A stretch of DNA of 64,000 nucleotides from Paraspadella gotoi (GCA_051294375.1 CM119265.1:22320278-22384277); one strand, 5' to 3'. Positions 12,591-27,256 are shown, counted from the stretch's first letter. The notes: generated from the letters alone by a model not told the origin. Made by a program: numbers and translations.

Positions 12591-14656
12591 NNNNNNNNNN
12601 NNNNNNNNNNNNNNNNNNNNNNNNNNNNNNNNNNTGGAAGATAAAGAGAAAAGAAAGAGATATACAAAAAAACAGACCGTCGCAAAAAGTAGAGAGAGAG
12701 AGCGGGACGAAGAGAGAGAGGAGAGAGAGAGACGAGAGAGAGACGAAGAGAAGAGAGAGTGGGGACCTGGGAGGCGGAGTCTTCTTCCTATTGGAGGGGA
12801 GGAGAAAATTCAATTGATATTCTTTTCAACTCGAATCTTTTGTGGCGAAAAAAAAACGAAGAAAAATCTGCAAAATCTCACAACCGAAAAAAGAAAAAAA
12901 ATAGAAAAAAAAAGGAAATAAAAAAACCGATAAAAAATTAGGACATATCCCGCCACGTCCTAACAAACAAACAAAACAATAAAACAAAACGAAAATTAGA
13001 AAAGAAAAAAGAAATCCTAGATTATAACCGAAGTGGTCAATCGCCTGACGGGCGAATCCGGTCAGCGCCTGATTCCGCGCTCCGTTTCTTTTGCTCCGCA
13101 GCACGATTTAAAAGTTAGCGTAGCATCGTTGGGCGCGGAACATAAGTTGGCATTTCGCGCAGCACGATGCCATGGCAGGGTGGGGTAGTTTTTCACGTCT
13201 GCGTGGCACGATACACTCACTTTTAAATCAAGCGCTACACGCGTTGGCATCCTGCGAGGTTTCGTTTGATCTTTTTCTTTGTCGGTCTGAGTTTGTACGG
13301 AGCTTATGTTCGATACGTACACGTTTTTGTCAGACACGTGTTTTCGTATGGCGAGAGCAAAAAAAAAAAAGAAGTTTATCTATCAGGGCCAATTTTTAAA
13401 ATAATTTTTACATAAAAGTCGCCAAGAACAGCTGGTCGTTAAACGCAATCTTTTTCTTTTATTCCTTTTTGTGTTTCGTGGTTTTGGTTTTTTGTTTTTA
13501 TTTTGTTTTCTTTTTTTTAATGTTTTTTATTTATATCAACTTAACAAACTCGCTATATCGGAATTGACCTTTTTTCTTTTTCTTCCAGTAAAAAATTAAT
13601 AAAAAATGTTAAATAAAAAGTTCATACGCATGAAAAATCGGGGCCTGAATGAAAGCATAATTTTGCTGCTTTTTTTTTATGAGGGAATAAATTGCGCGGG
13701 AATCCAAAGGGACGTCGCTGTCCGATGGATGAATTTGGCTGAGGAGTAGAGAGGATGTGCTTGGGTTGGTCGTTGGGATCATGTGAGGCTGTGAATCGGT
13801 TCGCTTCGGGTTCATCGGCTCGTTTACCGGTCATGGTCCTTTTTTTTTTTTTAATCAATTCTCGTTTTTTGATTCACCCAGATCGAGTCCCACCATGACC
13901 ATGAGGTTGCCATTCGGTCGTTGCCGTCCAAAGATTGCCATTTGGTTCATTCGCCATCTCGGTGTTGGCGCTCGTTTCTTCTTGGCATCTCCAATTCTCC
14001 ATCGATCCCGAAGCCCAACGGTTTCATCAAACGATTGATCGTTCTCATGACGTACATAATTTCTCGCTCTCTCTCTATTTTTCTTTTCTTTTCCTTTCTT
14101 TCTTTCTTTCTTTCTTTCCACAGACGCGGCGTTAAAGCGTGCCGGACGTGTTGGCAGATTGAAGAATCCTGTCAAGGGGCGAGAGAAAAAACAAGGATGG
14201 GAAGAGAGAGGGTGGGGTGGGTGTTAGCGGATAAGAAGAGCCGATCGGCGAAGAGAGGGGGGCGGAGAGGGGGGGGCGCAGNNNNNNNNNNNNNNNNNNN
14301 NNNNNNTTTTCTCTTCTCTCTATTCTTTTTTCTTCTCTTTCTTTCTTTTCTTTTTTTGAATAGTTATAGTTGTCTTACCGTATATTTAGAGGCTCTCTAG
14401 GCTCCGTCTCTCTCTCCTCTCTCGGCTCGTTCTCTCTCTCTCTACCTCTCTCTCATCTCTCTCTCCTCGTCTCCCTCTCTCTGCTCTCTCTCTCTCTCTC
14501 CAGCTCTCACAGACGGCGCGTTAAAGCGTCACTCGTGTGGCAGATTGAGAGACCTGTCAAGGGGCGAGGAGAAACAAGGTGGGAAGAGAGAGGGTGGGGG
14601 TGTGTGTAGGGATAAGTAAGAGCATCGGCGAAGGAGAGGGGCGGAGAGGGGGCGCG

Positions 14657-15480
14657 AGAGGAAGAGATGAATAAGTCTACAAATGTCGTCGTTAATAGAC
14701 TAAGTTTCTTGTTCGACGACAGCGAGTAACAGCTAACGACTATTAATAAAGTAGGAATTTTGTCTAAATTGCGAATGAGCCTAATTACAAAAAAGCGGAA
14801 TGAGACGGAGAATCTCGGTTTTGTATTTTATGTGCTGATACTTTTTAAATATATTAAACTAATTATATCGCTCCCGCTATCTTGTGGATTTCTTAATAAC
14901 TTTTCCTTCGCTGCTGCCAAATCAGCAAAGAGCTTTACAGATTCTTTTTTTTTTAAAATCGACTCCCCTTTTTTCGTCTTTAAGAGAAGATAAATATAAA
15001 ATAAATAGGAGGGAGTTCCTTCAAAACTTGTTAACGGGATGCCCATGGCTCGGGCATGGCCCCTTGGCTCCCATGGCCTCTACAGCACCGTGGCGACATG
15101 GGCCCCTGCGCATCTTCCCCAGCTTGTGATCATCCGAATGCATCATGAGGTGTGACGGCTGACTGAGCGACGGGAAGAGGAATTGTGTGAAGGAATATGG
15201 AGGGTAGGGGGAGAAGAGGAGAGAGGAAGGAAAGGAGAGTTAGGAAGAAAAAAGAGATGATTAATAAGGGGGGAGAATCGGAGATACACTACGAGGTCAG
15301 GAGACCGAAAGAGGAGGGAGGGGAGGAGGAGGAGGAAGAAGAAGAATAAGGGTGAGATGAAGACTGAATTTTGCAATAATAAGAGGAAGGGCGAAGTGGG
15401 GAAATAAGGATATAATTTACTATTTAGATGGAGGGAAAGAGAGAGAATGTACCTCATTGTATTTTACTGGTGAGAGGTAA
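14657..15480 (+). repeat. Indel-rich near-duplicate of 17058-17900 (probable assembly artefact)
   Basis: Collinear with 17058-17900 from AGAGGAAGAGATGAATAAGTCTACAAATG onward, differing mostly by 1-2 nt indels. 14508-14655 likewise repeats 14119-14280 across a 25-N gap. Confidence 0.85.
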
Positions 15481-17901
15481 GAGAGAAGAGTAGATACGAA
15501 GAGAGCGAAGAGAGAGAGAGAGAGACCAGAGTCGAGAGAGAGAGAGAGAGAGCGACGAAGAGGAAGAGGAGAGAGAGAGGAATGTAGCTCATCGGTATTT
15601 TTCGCTGAGATAGAACAGAGGAAGAGTCAGCCGTGAGGAGAGAGAGAAAAAAAAGACAGAGGGGGAGCTAGAGATAGATACGCTCGCTTTTCTTTTACTC
15701 GAAAAAGTGAGGGAGTCCGATAATCTCTCAACACTAGGAGTTGCCCATCAGGCCACTTGAGTAATAGATGCAAGACTTTAGGTTATCCCGGTTTGAATGG
15801 ATTTTTTAAAAACTTCAAAAAAAAGCGCTCCAGCACCCCAAAAATTCTTTTCTACAATATTTGCTTAAACGTAGGTTATTAATGAAAGCTAGTAACCTCA
15901 TCATTTTTGCTCATAAAATACTCGAAACGTACTGGCCATACATAATGATGTATATAAAAATTTTTAATAATTTTATTTTTTTTGTTTAAAAATTAAATCA
16001 CTCAAAAAAAAACTTCAAGAGTATTCCTAAAAGTGTCAAGGAATTAATTTCCTGTTTATACAAAAATGATACTTTGAAGAAGACCAGTTTTAATATCAAA
16101 AAACAAATTTTAATGTTAAAAAAATTTATGTTAAATTACCAAAAAGGTTTTTTGAAAATTAATAAAAATTATCATCATATCTTAAACTAATATAAATATT
16201 TTTAAAAAAATGAGGTTGGAAAGAGGACATTATGCGGATTCCAAATCTGTTTTTGTTTTAAATATTTGATTATTCGTTCCTGATTTTACAGGCTCATGAC
16301 ATTTGTAAAAATCAAGAAAATCACCCCTTTTTCAAAACCTATATAAAAACTGAACGTCCAGTATTTGAATAAAATGAAATTACACTTTTAAAAAAGTAAT
16401 TCTTCTTAGCTATTAAAATGTTTTACATATGAGAAGAAAAAGAGAGTAGCAAGATATCAAAGGAAGAAATGTATTAGTTAATTTTTTAAATGAAAAAAAA
16501 TAAGATTTATCTTAGCCATGATGGAAAAAAAAGCTGTCGCCGGTCTTTCCAAGTTATTTTCGGCATCTTAATGTAAGAATGAAAAATAAAAAATTTAGAT
16601 ATCAAGGAAAACTTTGGCCTTTTGTGGATTTCAATTAAGCTGTGTCTTCATTTAGTATGACAATTATATAATAGGAGTTCCCATGTAAAAGAAAATGCGT
16701 TGTCCAAAAAAGCTTCTTTCATTTTTATCCTTTTTATATCTGTAATTTTATTCCTTATACTCATTTCCGTTCTTCTTTATACTTTTTGAGTCTTAACCAC
16801 TACTATTAAAAATCTCTGCCTTTTCTCAGTCTAATGCAAGAATTCATTATTGCTTATCTCCATGTAGGATAGAATTCAGGGATGAATCTTAATTCATTAT
16901 GTCCCCAAAAGAAAGCATATTAACAAACATTGATTGCTGTATTTATAGAATATTATTTTAAAATAGAAAGTATCCATAAAAGTCATATTAAGGTTCCGGG
17001 TAACTTTTGTAACAGCAAGGTTATCATTTTAAATTTACCTCTTGGATGTAATTATCCAGAGGAAGAGATGAATAAGTCTACAAATGTCGTCGTTAATAGA
17101 CTAATTTTCTTTTCGAACGACACAAACAAAACGACGAAAGAGAAAATAAGCCTCTTCGTTTGTCAATGGACAAAAGTAGGAATTTTTTTGACAGTTAAAA
17201 ATTGCGAATGAGCCTAATTACAAAAAAGCGGAATGATGACGGAGAATCTCGGTTTTGTATTTATTTGTGATTACTTTTTAAATATATTAAACATATTATA
17301 TCCGCTCCGTTATCTTGTGGGATTTCTTAATAACTTTTCCTTCGCTGCTGCCAAATCACAAAGAGCTTTACAGATTCTTTTTTTTTAAATATCGACTCCC
17401 TTTTTCGTCTTTAAGAGAAGAGAATAAATAAAAAAAAAGGAGGGAGTTCCTCAAAAACTTGTTAAACGGATGCCCATGGCCGGGCATGGCCCCTTGGCTC
17501 CATGGCCTCTCAGGCACCGTGGCCGACATGGCCCCTCGCATCTTCCCCACTGACTCATCCGAATTGCATCATGAGGTGGCGACTGAGGCCGACGGGGGAA
17601 GAGGAATTTGGTGAAGAATATGGAGGGTAGGAGGAAGAGGAGGAGAAGGGGAAAGGAGAGTGAGAGGGAGGAATGAAAAGAAGATAATTAATAAGTGGGA
17701 GAATCGGAGATACACTACGAGGTCAGGAGACCGAAAGAGGAGGAGGAGGAGGAGGAGGAGGAAGGAAGGAAGGAAGGGTGAGATGAAGACTGAATTTTGA
17801 ATAATAAGAGGAAGGGCGAGTGGGGAAATAAGGATATAATTACTATTTAGATGGAGGAGAAAGAGAGAAAGATGTACCTCATTGTTATTTTATTAGGCTT
17901 G

Positions 17902-18019
<118 letters not shown>

Positions 18020-18054
18020 AAGGGATCAGATTAAGAGAAGAGAAAACTAAAGAT

Positions 18055-18257
18055 AGGAGTGTTACTTTTATCCAGTTAAAACATTTAAAAATATGTTATA
18101 TTATTTTTTCTATAGGGAATCCAAGCACTCTGGGATTATACTATGAAAGCTTGGTCAATGGTCATTATATCTTACAAGACCCAAAGTCAGGGGCAAGATA
18201 GTTTTTTTTAAATTAAATGAATAAATAATCTTTACATTGGTTGTTCAAATTTCATTA
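18055..18257 (+). repeat. Unclassified ~200-240 bp interspersed repeat, copy 1
   Basis: Shares AAAGTCAGGGGCAAGATAG, ATTGGTTGT.CAATTTCAT and the 5' block with 40294-40530 and 55267-55460. Confidence 0.7.
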
Positions 18258-18430
18258 CAAGTTTGATCGGTGAGAAATTTATTGAAGTGAAGTGAAAGGT
18301 CGTGAAACAAATACGATCAAACGGAAATAGATTAAGAGGAGTGGAGTGACCGAGCTTGACCCCCACGTCGAGGTAAGAAGAGGCGTAGAAAGTCGCCTTG
18401 AATTCTCGAACAGTCGAACCATAACAAAAA

Positions 18431-18700
18431 CAAGAATGAAAATTCAAATCTGTTGCGCCGCAGTGACTTTGTATTTTCGACACATACTGCATTGGAATGA
18501 CGACTTTTATTTTTTATAGCTTATATGAGATTTCTTTAGTAGTTGCTTAGATCTGAGGTTTTTCCGGTCTTAAAAAATTAGCTATAAGCAAGTTATAGGC
18601 ATCTTTAACGTTAGTGGAACTGACCGACCGACCGACAAGCCGACAGTCCGACCAAAAAGTGACTTATAGGGTTGATCCGCGAGTACTCGCGTCGCAACTA
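18431..18700 (-). mobile_element. Helentron-associated non-autonomous element (HINE/DINE-1-like), copy 1
   Basis: The minus strand reads TAGTTGCGACGCGAGTACTCGCGG..CAACCCTATAAGTCACTT, then (GTCG)n, the 3' subTIR GCGGCGCAAC and a CTTG end. It sits in T-runs and is homologous to 29613-30016. Confidence 0.75.
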
Positions 18701-19045
18701 AAAAAAGAAAAACGTGGTCAGAGTCAAAGTGACTTTGTCTCTTAAATCCAGAAGGAAAGAAATAAAGAGGCGAATGGACAAAGGGACAGAAAGCGACGTC
18801 AATTTCATCTCACAAGACAGAAAGTCCGTTTACGGCTACAGTCATGCCGTTTACTTAGAAGATGACGGACGATTTTAAAAGGGTTGGCGGCTGCGGCGCT
18901 TAAAGGGGCGGCGTCAGCGGCAGCGGAGGCGGCGGGCGGTGCCAGAGCTGCCGCGAAGGCTTCGTCCAGAAGATGAAAGTCGAAGGAATCTCGTCGTAAA
19001 ACCTCTTTATTAGAACAATTTCTCTCTGTCTCTGTCTCGCAAACG

Positions 19046-19107
<62 letters not shown>

Positions 19108-19465
19108 CATCGCGCGCAACCCTGAAAATGTCACACAGGAAGGTTCACCATTTCACTACGGAGCTCCCGTCGAGTCGATGCGAAGGCTCCAGTCATTTCC
19201 TCCCCCCTCTCCTTTTTCAGATTCTTCCTTCCTCTTCTCTCCATTTCCTCTTCCTCCTCTTCCTCCTCTTCCTCCTCACTCTGACCTCCTTCCTTCTCTT
19301 CCTCTTGGTCTCCCTCCCTCGAAAAAATCCCAAGGGACGCGGCAGATTAACAACTGTTGCAGCCGACTTAACTGTTGCACTGCAGGATTAATCGTTGGGC
19401 GTCTGTCGATTCTGGTCTATCCTCGGACATTGAGGAAGAGAGTGAAAGAGAGTGAAAGAGAGAGT

Positions 19466-19564
<99 letters not shown>

Positions 19565-20536
19565 AAAGGCACTCTTCCAAAGGAAAAGTGCCGACGGCGA
19601 AACGAACATAACGCGATTAGAGTTCGACGTTTGTGTCACGATCAACGCGGGAGACTCTGAAGCGTTGTTGATGTCGTCGTCGTCGTTGTCGTCGTCGTCG
19701 TCGTCGTCCTCTGAAGCGTTGTTGATGTCGTCGTGGGTGTTGTTTTTGTCATCGCCCTCATTGTCGGCGTCGTCGTTGTCATCGTCCTCGTTTTCTGAAT
19801 CTTTTTTTTTTAATTCGTTTTTTTTTCCTTCGAAAAAAAAACATGGCAACCATAGTCGATGCTGATGTTGTTTTTCCTCGCAGTCTTAAAACTTAAAACT
19901 GCTCCTTTGTGGTCCCATTGTCGTCGTCGTCGTCGTCGACCCGTTCACGAATTTCCCATCCTTAGTTGTTGTTGTTGTTGTCGTCGTTGCGGTCGTCGAC
20001 AAAAGGTTTTTCTCGCATTTTTTTTACGCCTCGATCGACGTCATAACCGTAAAAGTCAACTTTCTTCTTTCTTCTCCTAAACAGCGACCTTTCACACCCC
20101 TTGCTTCGCCCCTCTCCTCGGAGACGGCCCACTTTGCACTTACCTTCACGGGGCCTACCTTTACCGTTCCTCCATGAGGCGTTTGTTCCCTCGATTCCTG
20201 TTCCTACTTTCAGTCAAGAACATCTCTTGACTCGATTTCCTCCAATTTTCCATCTTCAACCTCGATTTTCATAACTTTTCCCATTCAATCATTTTACTTT
20301 TTATTTTACATTTTAGTTTTACATTAAAAGGCTTCTCTCATCCCTACTTTATTGTCATACTTATCTACTATTATCTTCTATACTATTCTATTCTATTCTA
20401 TTCTATTCTATTCTAATCTATTCTATTCTTTTCTATACTATTTTTTTTCTATTCTATTCTATTCTACAGCCCCCCAACTGCCATCTCACCCTCGCGCAGT
20501 CTCTTCTGTCTCCACGTAAGATCCTTTGAACCCGAA

Positions 20537-20665
<129 letters not shown>

Positions 20666-21840
20666 GAGTTAAGGGACTTTTTACGATGATCCTTCTCCGG
20701 TTGGAAAACTCCGCCTTTTTTCTTCGCAAAATAAGAAAAAAATAAACGAAAAAATAAAAATAAAAAAATAAACGACGAAAAAAAAATCTTTAAAAAACAA
20801 CAACAAATAAACAAAAAACAAAAAGAAAAAAAACTTCAAAAAAGAAATTGGCTTAAAGAACCGACGCTGCCTCGTAAATCTTTCTTCTCTGGCGATCGAT
20901 TCTGGATCTTCGGAGTTGAGAAGATTAAAGTTACTTAACTTCGTTGTCGTTTTTGTTTATATCGAAATGGATTATGAAAATTACGTAAACCGATGTTTAA
21001 TGACGTCACATAACCTACGTTTATGACGAGAATTATAAGACGAGGATAATGAAGATGACGACTTAGATGTTTCGTTAGTTGAAGGCCAAAAGGGGCAAGC
21101 TAAATTAGTTTTAGCTTGACTTTCTTTCAAGATTTTTCCTACTTTTAGTATTTTAATATATCTTAAAACCCCGGAGATTAATCACGATCAACTTATGCAA
21201 TTTATGGGAATGACGTGTCGCCATCTGAGCTCGAATTCAAATGATCTAATGTTCCGCCTCGAAAATAAATCTTCAAATTATGTTACAGATATAAACAGAT
21301 TTAATAAAACTGACAAAGCAAATTTAAAGCAGTTCCCTCGAGTTATTCTCATGCCTAATCTGTTACCCCGAGAAATGTGTCGTTTCTCGTCTTTTTTATT
21401 TTCTTTTATGTCTTCAGGCATAGACAAAAAAAAACGGAAAAAAAAGACAATGAAAAAGGAGAAAGTAGCTAAAAGAAAAGGCATTACGGATTTTTTCGTT
21501 CTTGGGTCAGATAGGCGCACGTTCCTTCTCTGACTACTAATGAGAATCTGAATCTCTCTCTCTGTCTCTGTCTCTGACTCGGTCTCTCTCTCTTTCTCAC
21601 TCCCTCTCTCCCTCTCTCTCTTTTTTTTTCTTTCTTTCTCTCTCGTTATTTTAATATAAAAAAACCCAAAAAACAGCGGATTATAGATTTTTTAAATTAA
21701 AAGTGATTTTGACACATTTGGTTTCAAAGAAACAAGTCAATCAGTCAATCCAACAATTCATGAATCAAATCAATCGCTCAATCCAACCATCGTTAAATCA
21801 ATAAATTAATCAATTTAAATCAATCAATGCTCTTTTTCAG

Positions 21841-21935
21841 GCTTGGTCAAACTCGGCGTCCATTGCGTCTCAGGAAAGAAAGTCGCCGTCAAGATAGTGA
21901 ACAGGGAAAAGCTCTCCGAGTCAGTTCTTCAAAAG
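21841..21935 (+). CDS. BRSK: BRSK/SAD-1 kinase, coding exon 2
   Basis: TTTTTCAG|GC TTG...AAG|GTATGT encodes (G)[31 protein letters not shown], including the VAVK catalytic lysine. Phase matches exon 1. Confidence 0.97.
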
Positions 21936-21940
21936 GTATG

Positions 21941-21976
<36 letters not shown>

Positions 21977-21985
21977 GGTGACTAC

Positions 21986-22598
21986 TAAGGCGTAGTGAAA
22001 GTTACGTACGAAAATTCTAAAGGTCCATTATGAACAACATACCATCAGTGAACATTAATTTGTAAAAAAAATTAATTTTATGTTTTTTAATTTTCGCAGT
22101 AGGCTATATTTATATATAGTACTATTCTTATAAAATCGAAAAATTTCAAAATAGGCTTTTCTTAATTTTGATTGCAGATTTGAATTCCTCGTCAAAAGTT
22201 GATAAAAGAAAATATAAATCATTTTTAAAAATTCTTTCATTAAGTGGGTTAAAAATTATAAAAGCTATATTTAATATATAAAAAGTTAATTTTCAGCTTA
22301 AAATATAGCTTTTTCTAATTTTTGACCCACTTAATGAAGGAATTTTTTAAAAAGAGTTATATTTCTTTTTATCAACTTTTTATGACGAATCCAAATCTGC
22401 AAAAAAATCTTAGAAAAAACTGTTTTGAAATTTTAACATTTATTGGATTAGTACTAGTATAAATATGACCTACTGCGTAAATTGTAAAATTTATTATAAA
22501 TTTTTTTTATACATAAATGTTCATTAGTATAATGTTGTTCGTTCCCCACTTTTTAGAATTTTAATTAAAGTTAAATTTCGAAATTTTACTACGCCTTA
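21986..22598. mobile_element. hAT-type non-autonomous foldback MITE, copy 2
   Basis: TIRs TAAGGCGTAGTGAAA...TTTTACTACGCCTTA. Perfect 8-bp TSD GTGACTAC at 21978-21985 and 22599-22606. Homologous to 171-850. Confidence 0.9.
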
Positions 22599-22624
22599 GT
22601 GACTACTGACTAGAATAGGGTTAC

Positions 22625-23249
22625 GTGGAGTATAAGTACCATCTTGGAAAATGAATAAGTTGCCAAAACTTTGGACTAACTTTTGACACCTTTGATATCA
22701 AAATCGTAAAAAAAAATTATATATCTGAAAAATTTGGCTTTTTGTAATTTGAATGAGCTATTGTTTGGTAAAATGTAATTAAAAACACAGGTATGAGGTT
22801 CAAATGAAAAGAAGGATGTTAAGAAGAATCTGGTTTTCTCAATTTTTATTACAATTTTTTATAAACAATCATTTATTATATTATGATAATATTTTTATAT
22901 ATATAATTGTATTTAAACTTAATATAACCTTTGGGGGGTCCATCTATGATATTTCATTATAGTATGAAGCTATATTATATTAATAAATATTTATTTTTAT
23001 ACAGAAAATCAATTTAATATTAAAAAACTTTATTTTAAAGCAAATTTTTCATATGTACCTTTTTTTTTTATTCCTCACTCTAGTATTTCTAACCATATTA
23101 AGCTCGAAATAGATTCATTTGAATCAGAAAAAGCTTTTATTTTTAATTATATATTTTTTTTTATCTTTCAATGAGAAACTACGAAAGTTACTGAAACTAT
23201 AAAACGTTTTGGAGAGTTAAATTTATTTTCCAAGATAGTAGTACCCCAC
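22625..23249. mobile_element. Putative older MITE with ~45-bp imperfect TIRs
   Basis: Left GTGGAGTATAAGTACCATCTTGGAAAATGAAT..CCAAA pairs with right TTTGG..ATTTATTTTCCAAGATAGTAGTACCCCAC around an AT-rich interior. No clear TSD. Confidence 0.55.
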
Positions 23250-23651
23250 AAAAAAGTTAGGTTGAAAGGCAAAAAGGTAGCATTATCCATTGATAGATGG
23301 AAGGTTTGTTGACCTTGAAAGACCCCCAAAGGGACCGGGGGGGGGTTTGGATGAGAACTCCCTGGAGGAACGACTTCTGGGGTCGTGTTTATAAAGTGAA
23401 ACCGGGTTAGGGTGAGAGCGAGATGAGGGTGAAGCAAAGGGTTGGTTGGTAAAATGTGAGTTTTTTCAAAAAACCACAGATTTCCCAAGGGAACGCAAAC
23501 GGTGAGCGAAAGTCGGTACATGACCCTCGGACGGCAATGCGATACTAGATGGTCGTCGTTGTCGTTGTTGTCGTTTTCGTCGTCGTTATCGTCATCTTTT
23601 CTACGAAACTTATACATAGTATAAGTGGGTCTTTCAAGAAATTATTATTTT

Positions 23652-23683
23652 GATCATCATTATCCTTATCATCATCATTATTG

Positions 23684-23717
<34 letters not shown>

Positions 23718-23718
23718 T

Positions 23719-23775
<57 letters not shown>

Positions 23776-23790
23776 GTCGTCGTCGTCGTA
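23652..23790. repeat. (CAT)n/(CGT)n microsatellite; similar tract at 39638-39720
   Basis: Read directly. It explains the poly-H/I/M ORFs. Confidence 0.95.
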
Positions 23791-24712
23791 GCCATGATCA
23801 TCATTAATTTCTCATCAAAATCCTCTTTTTCTCTTTTCCTCACGAAATTGCGATGCGGTTTTTTTCTCTTCTATTGAGGAGAAAAAAAAGGAAAAAAATC
23901 CATTAAGGAGCGATAAGATTTTTTTTTCAAAAAGAAAAAAAGAAATAAAGACTGAATAAAGAATGAGTGAAGAACGAATAGAATTTTCTTCGCTGCGCAA
24001 TCATTGATATGCGGTTAGAGCATAAGAAGTATTTGAGGTGGACAGTCATTGATTGATAGACGTTTGGCTAAGAGCAGTTATTGAAGAATAGTTTGTCAAG
24101 TGTGGCCTGTGGCCGTTAATTTTCAGACAAATGTTGTGAGTATTACACATTGGGACAGTAGTTTATAAGCAGTAAGAATATTATATTTAGTGAAGGGGGG
24201 AAGAAAAAAATATAAAATGAAAAGAAAATGGGATTTTGTATTCGACTTAGAAATTGAATTCTAGAGAAAACCCAAATTTAATCCGTTTCTATGGATGGAC
24301 CCCATACTACACTCCGACTGACTAAAACTAAATCGATAATTCGTAGTGTAGCATGTTTTACAATGAGTGTACTATATTATTAATTAATATATTAATGCAG
24401 ATAATTGTGAGAGAATTCCGTTGCGAAGTTGATCTAAGGAAGAAATAGAGTCCGACCAGTGGTGCTTTGACGATTCGAAAAAATTAAAAGTAAAAAGTAA
24501 AAGAAGTAAAAATATATCGAGTGATTGATTCCCTCGTTTAAGTTTCTCTGCGATTGATGTCCGATTTTGTTGTCTCAAGTGATTGATTCCCAATTCTGTT
24601 TTCTTCATGCGTCTGAGCGACTGATAAGTTTTCGCGTTTTTATCGATTTAGTTTCATTTTTTTAGAATTTAGTGAAATTGTCATTTTTTGCTTCATCTCT
24701 TTCTCTCTCCTT

Positions 24713-24743
<31 letters not shown>

Positions 24744-25982
24744 TCCTCTCTCTCTCTCTCTCCCAACCGACCGACCATACCGATCGAGATCCACGACCGA
24801 CGACACGACTCACCTCCAGACGCACGAATCAACCAATCCTCCCACTCTGACGTCTGAATGACGTCAACGACTCGCGGACGGAAGTTGAAGGCGGAAGAAG
24901 AGGGCGTTGGGGGGAGGAGGGGGTTGGGTGAAAAAGGTTAAGGGGACTGTGAGTGTGAAGACGCGTTGGTGAGTCGAAGGCTCTTGAGTGGCGAGAAGGT
25001 TAAAAGGGCAGGAGGAAACAAAATGGAGGAAGGAGGTAGAAATCTTGAGAGCGAATTAAGGTGAAGGAAAAAAAAGGAAAAAATAGAAAGACGAAGAGAT
25101 TGAGGCGGTGAAATTGAATAGAAGGGGACAAGAGGTAAAGAAAAGAGGATTTAAAATGAAAAAAAGAGCTTATAAAAAAAAGAAACAAAAAGAAAATAAA
25201 ATATATCCAAAAAAAAAAAAAACAGATTAAAAGAGCGGGCAACCTTTTTTATATTTCGATCATGTTGTTTCCCCCAACGAAAACTTTAAAAAAACAATTT
25301 TGCCATTTTAACGTTTTTAACATTTTAAATACATTTTTTTCACCAGTTTTAAGTCGCCCTTTTTCTCGTGAAACCATATTTCACGACGCTGTCACCTTTT
25401 TTTTTCTGGTCGAGTCACGTTCGCTTCTCGGAATATAAAGTCGAAAAAAGGTGAAAGGATGAAAAAAGGTCAAAGGAGGAAAGAGATATGAAAAAGGGGA
25501 GGAAAGGAAAAGGAAAGGAGGAAAGAGGAAAGAAAAAGGAAATAAAAGAATAAAAATAAAAGGGAGGAAAACCGATCGAAGGTGAGAAATGCCCTGTCAC
25601 GGTCGCGGACATCAAAAACGACGACGAAGACGACGACGAAGACGACGACGACGACAACGGTTCAAAGACCAAGAAGATGCAAGAAAAAAATCGAACAACA
25701 GCAACGAGAAAACGGCATTCAGATCGAGTGAATAAACATGACAGACGAAGCAAGGTGACGATTAACTCAAGGGCAATGACAAGCAAGATTAGGGGATTTA
25801 ATGTCAGGCAAATGACCGACTGGTCAAGCAAAAAACTAAAAGAAGTAAAGAATGTTTTATGTTCTCTCTTCAAAGGGGAAATAATTACAATACCTTCGTG
25901 AAACGGTCGGTTGAACGTTTTAACAATGCTTTAAAACAGCAGCAAGATGCGTTGTTTAAGATAAAACAATGACGATGGGAAC

Positions 25983-26226
25983 TGTAGTCGGGCATTGCCT
26001 AGGTTCACCCCGCCTATAAGCATGACACCTTCAGTCGTGACCCGGTGGCTCATGACCACTAGGTACTGGGTTCAATCCCAACCTTCTACCTACCCTGCGG
26101 GAAGCGTGAGGACGGTTGAGGATGGTTCCTTGCCCAGGGACCCGTTCCATGGCTGCTGGAGGGGGTTATAGAAGTTACGGACAGTCATCTTCAGCCCACG
26201 TCGCGCCTTATCCACAGAACTACAAC
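25983..26226 (+). mobile_element. tRNA-derived SINE-like repeat, copy A
   Basis: Leader TGTAGTCGGGCATTGCC..CCTATAAGCATGAC, A-box-like TGGCTCA at 26046, B box GGTTCAATCC at 26069-26078, and body CCTGCGGGAAGCGTG..GGACCCGTTCCATGGCTG..GCGCCTTATCCA shared with copies C and D. Confidence 0.75.
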
Positions 26227-27224
26227 TACGACGACGACGACGAATAAAACGAAGCGTGAAGATAAAAATAAAGAAGATAAGAAAGTCGTTGGTAACGACG
26301 ATGGCGACGAGAATGTGGACGAAAGATGACGATGATGAAGACGACGATGAAGACGACGAGGTGTCAATACTTAGATAAGAGAAGGAAGGCGATGGTAATG
26401 ACCTTGACAACGATCCCCAACCAATAAAACTGACGATGATAAGGACAATGATAACGAAAATGACTGGAGTCGAAATATAAAAAAATATATATTATATATT
26501 CACCGAAGCGACGGAAGGAGGAAATCCCAAATGTCAGATGAGTTCAGGTCGGGTCAACCGAGAACGAGATCGGATGAAAATTCATCGGTCAACGACCGCG
26601 CATCGGTTCAGGACGCAGGAACAAAGTGTTTCGTATGTTAGATAAAATGATAAGTTAATTAATAAGCTTATGTTATTGCTATAAAATGTAATAATACACA
26701 GGAGAACAAGTAACTTTGCCATTTTCATATTTTAAGATTAAGATGACAAAATTTGAAACGTTTGAAAAAAAAATAGTCCGGTGTTGCATGCCATTTTTTT
26801 TTATAAAAAGACAACAATGGCTTCCCCTTCCCAAATTGAGTAATTAGATATAATGATAAGTAAAATTTTTTTTTAAGAAAGAAAGCAATATATATTTGTT
26901 TAAATAATAAGGATTAAATACTAAATCAGTCATAAAATATAGAAATAGAAAATAGTGAAACAAGTAAATTGCAAATTTTCATATATATGGATAAAAGGAA
27001 TTATGACAAATAAAATGTCAGTAATGTCAAACCAAAGTTGTCATCATCGCCGAGATGATCACCGAAAGAAAAAGAAACTCGTTTTGATCAAACGAGGTTC
27101 TTATCATTAATCCCGAGTTTAAGTATTTAATTTTCTCATTAATGAGGTTTTTCTTCTTCTTCTTTAAAAAAAAGAAAAATCCATCAAGCGAATTTGAATC
27201 TCGCCGCGCGAACTCGGGGCGTGG

Positions 27225-27255
<31 letters not shown>

Positions 27256-27256
27256 T

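Noticed and set aside
15720-16950. AT-rich block resembling a DNA-transposon interior
   Set aside because: No TIRs, TSD or second copy were found in the window.
25983-26080. SINE head as a functional tRNA gene, or the leader as an HDV/hammerhead ribozyme
   Set aside because: There is no complete cloverleaf, and the copies carry different deletions. I could not form the HDV P1 pairing, and CTGATGG is not a hammerhead core.
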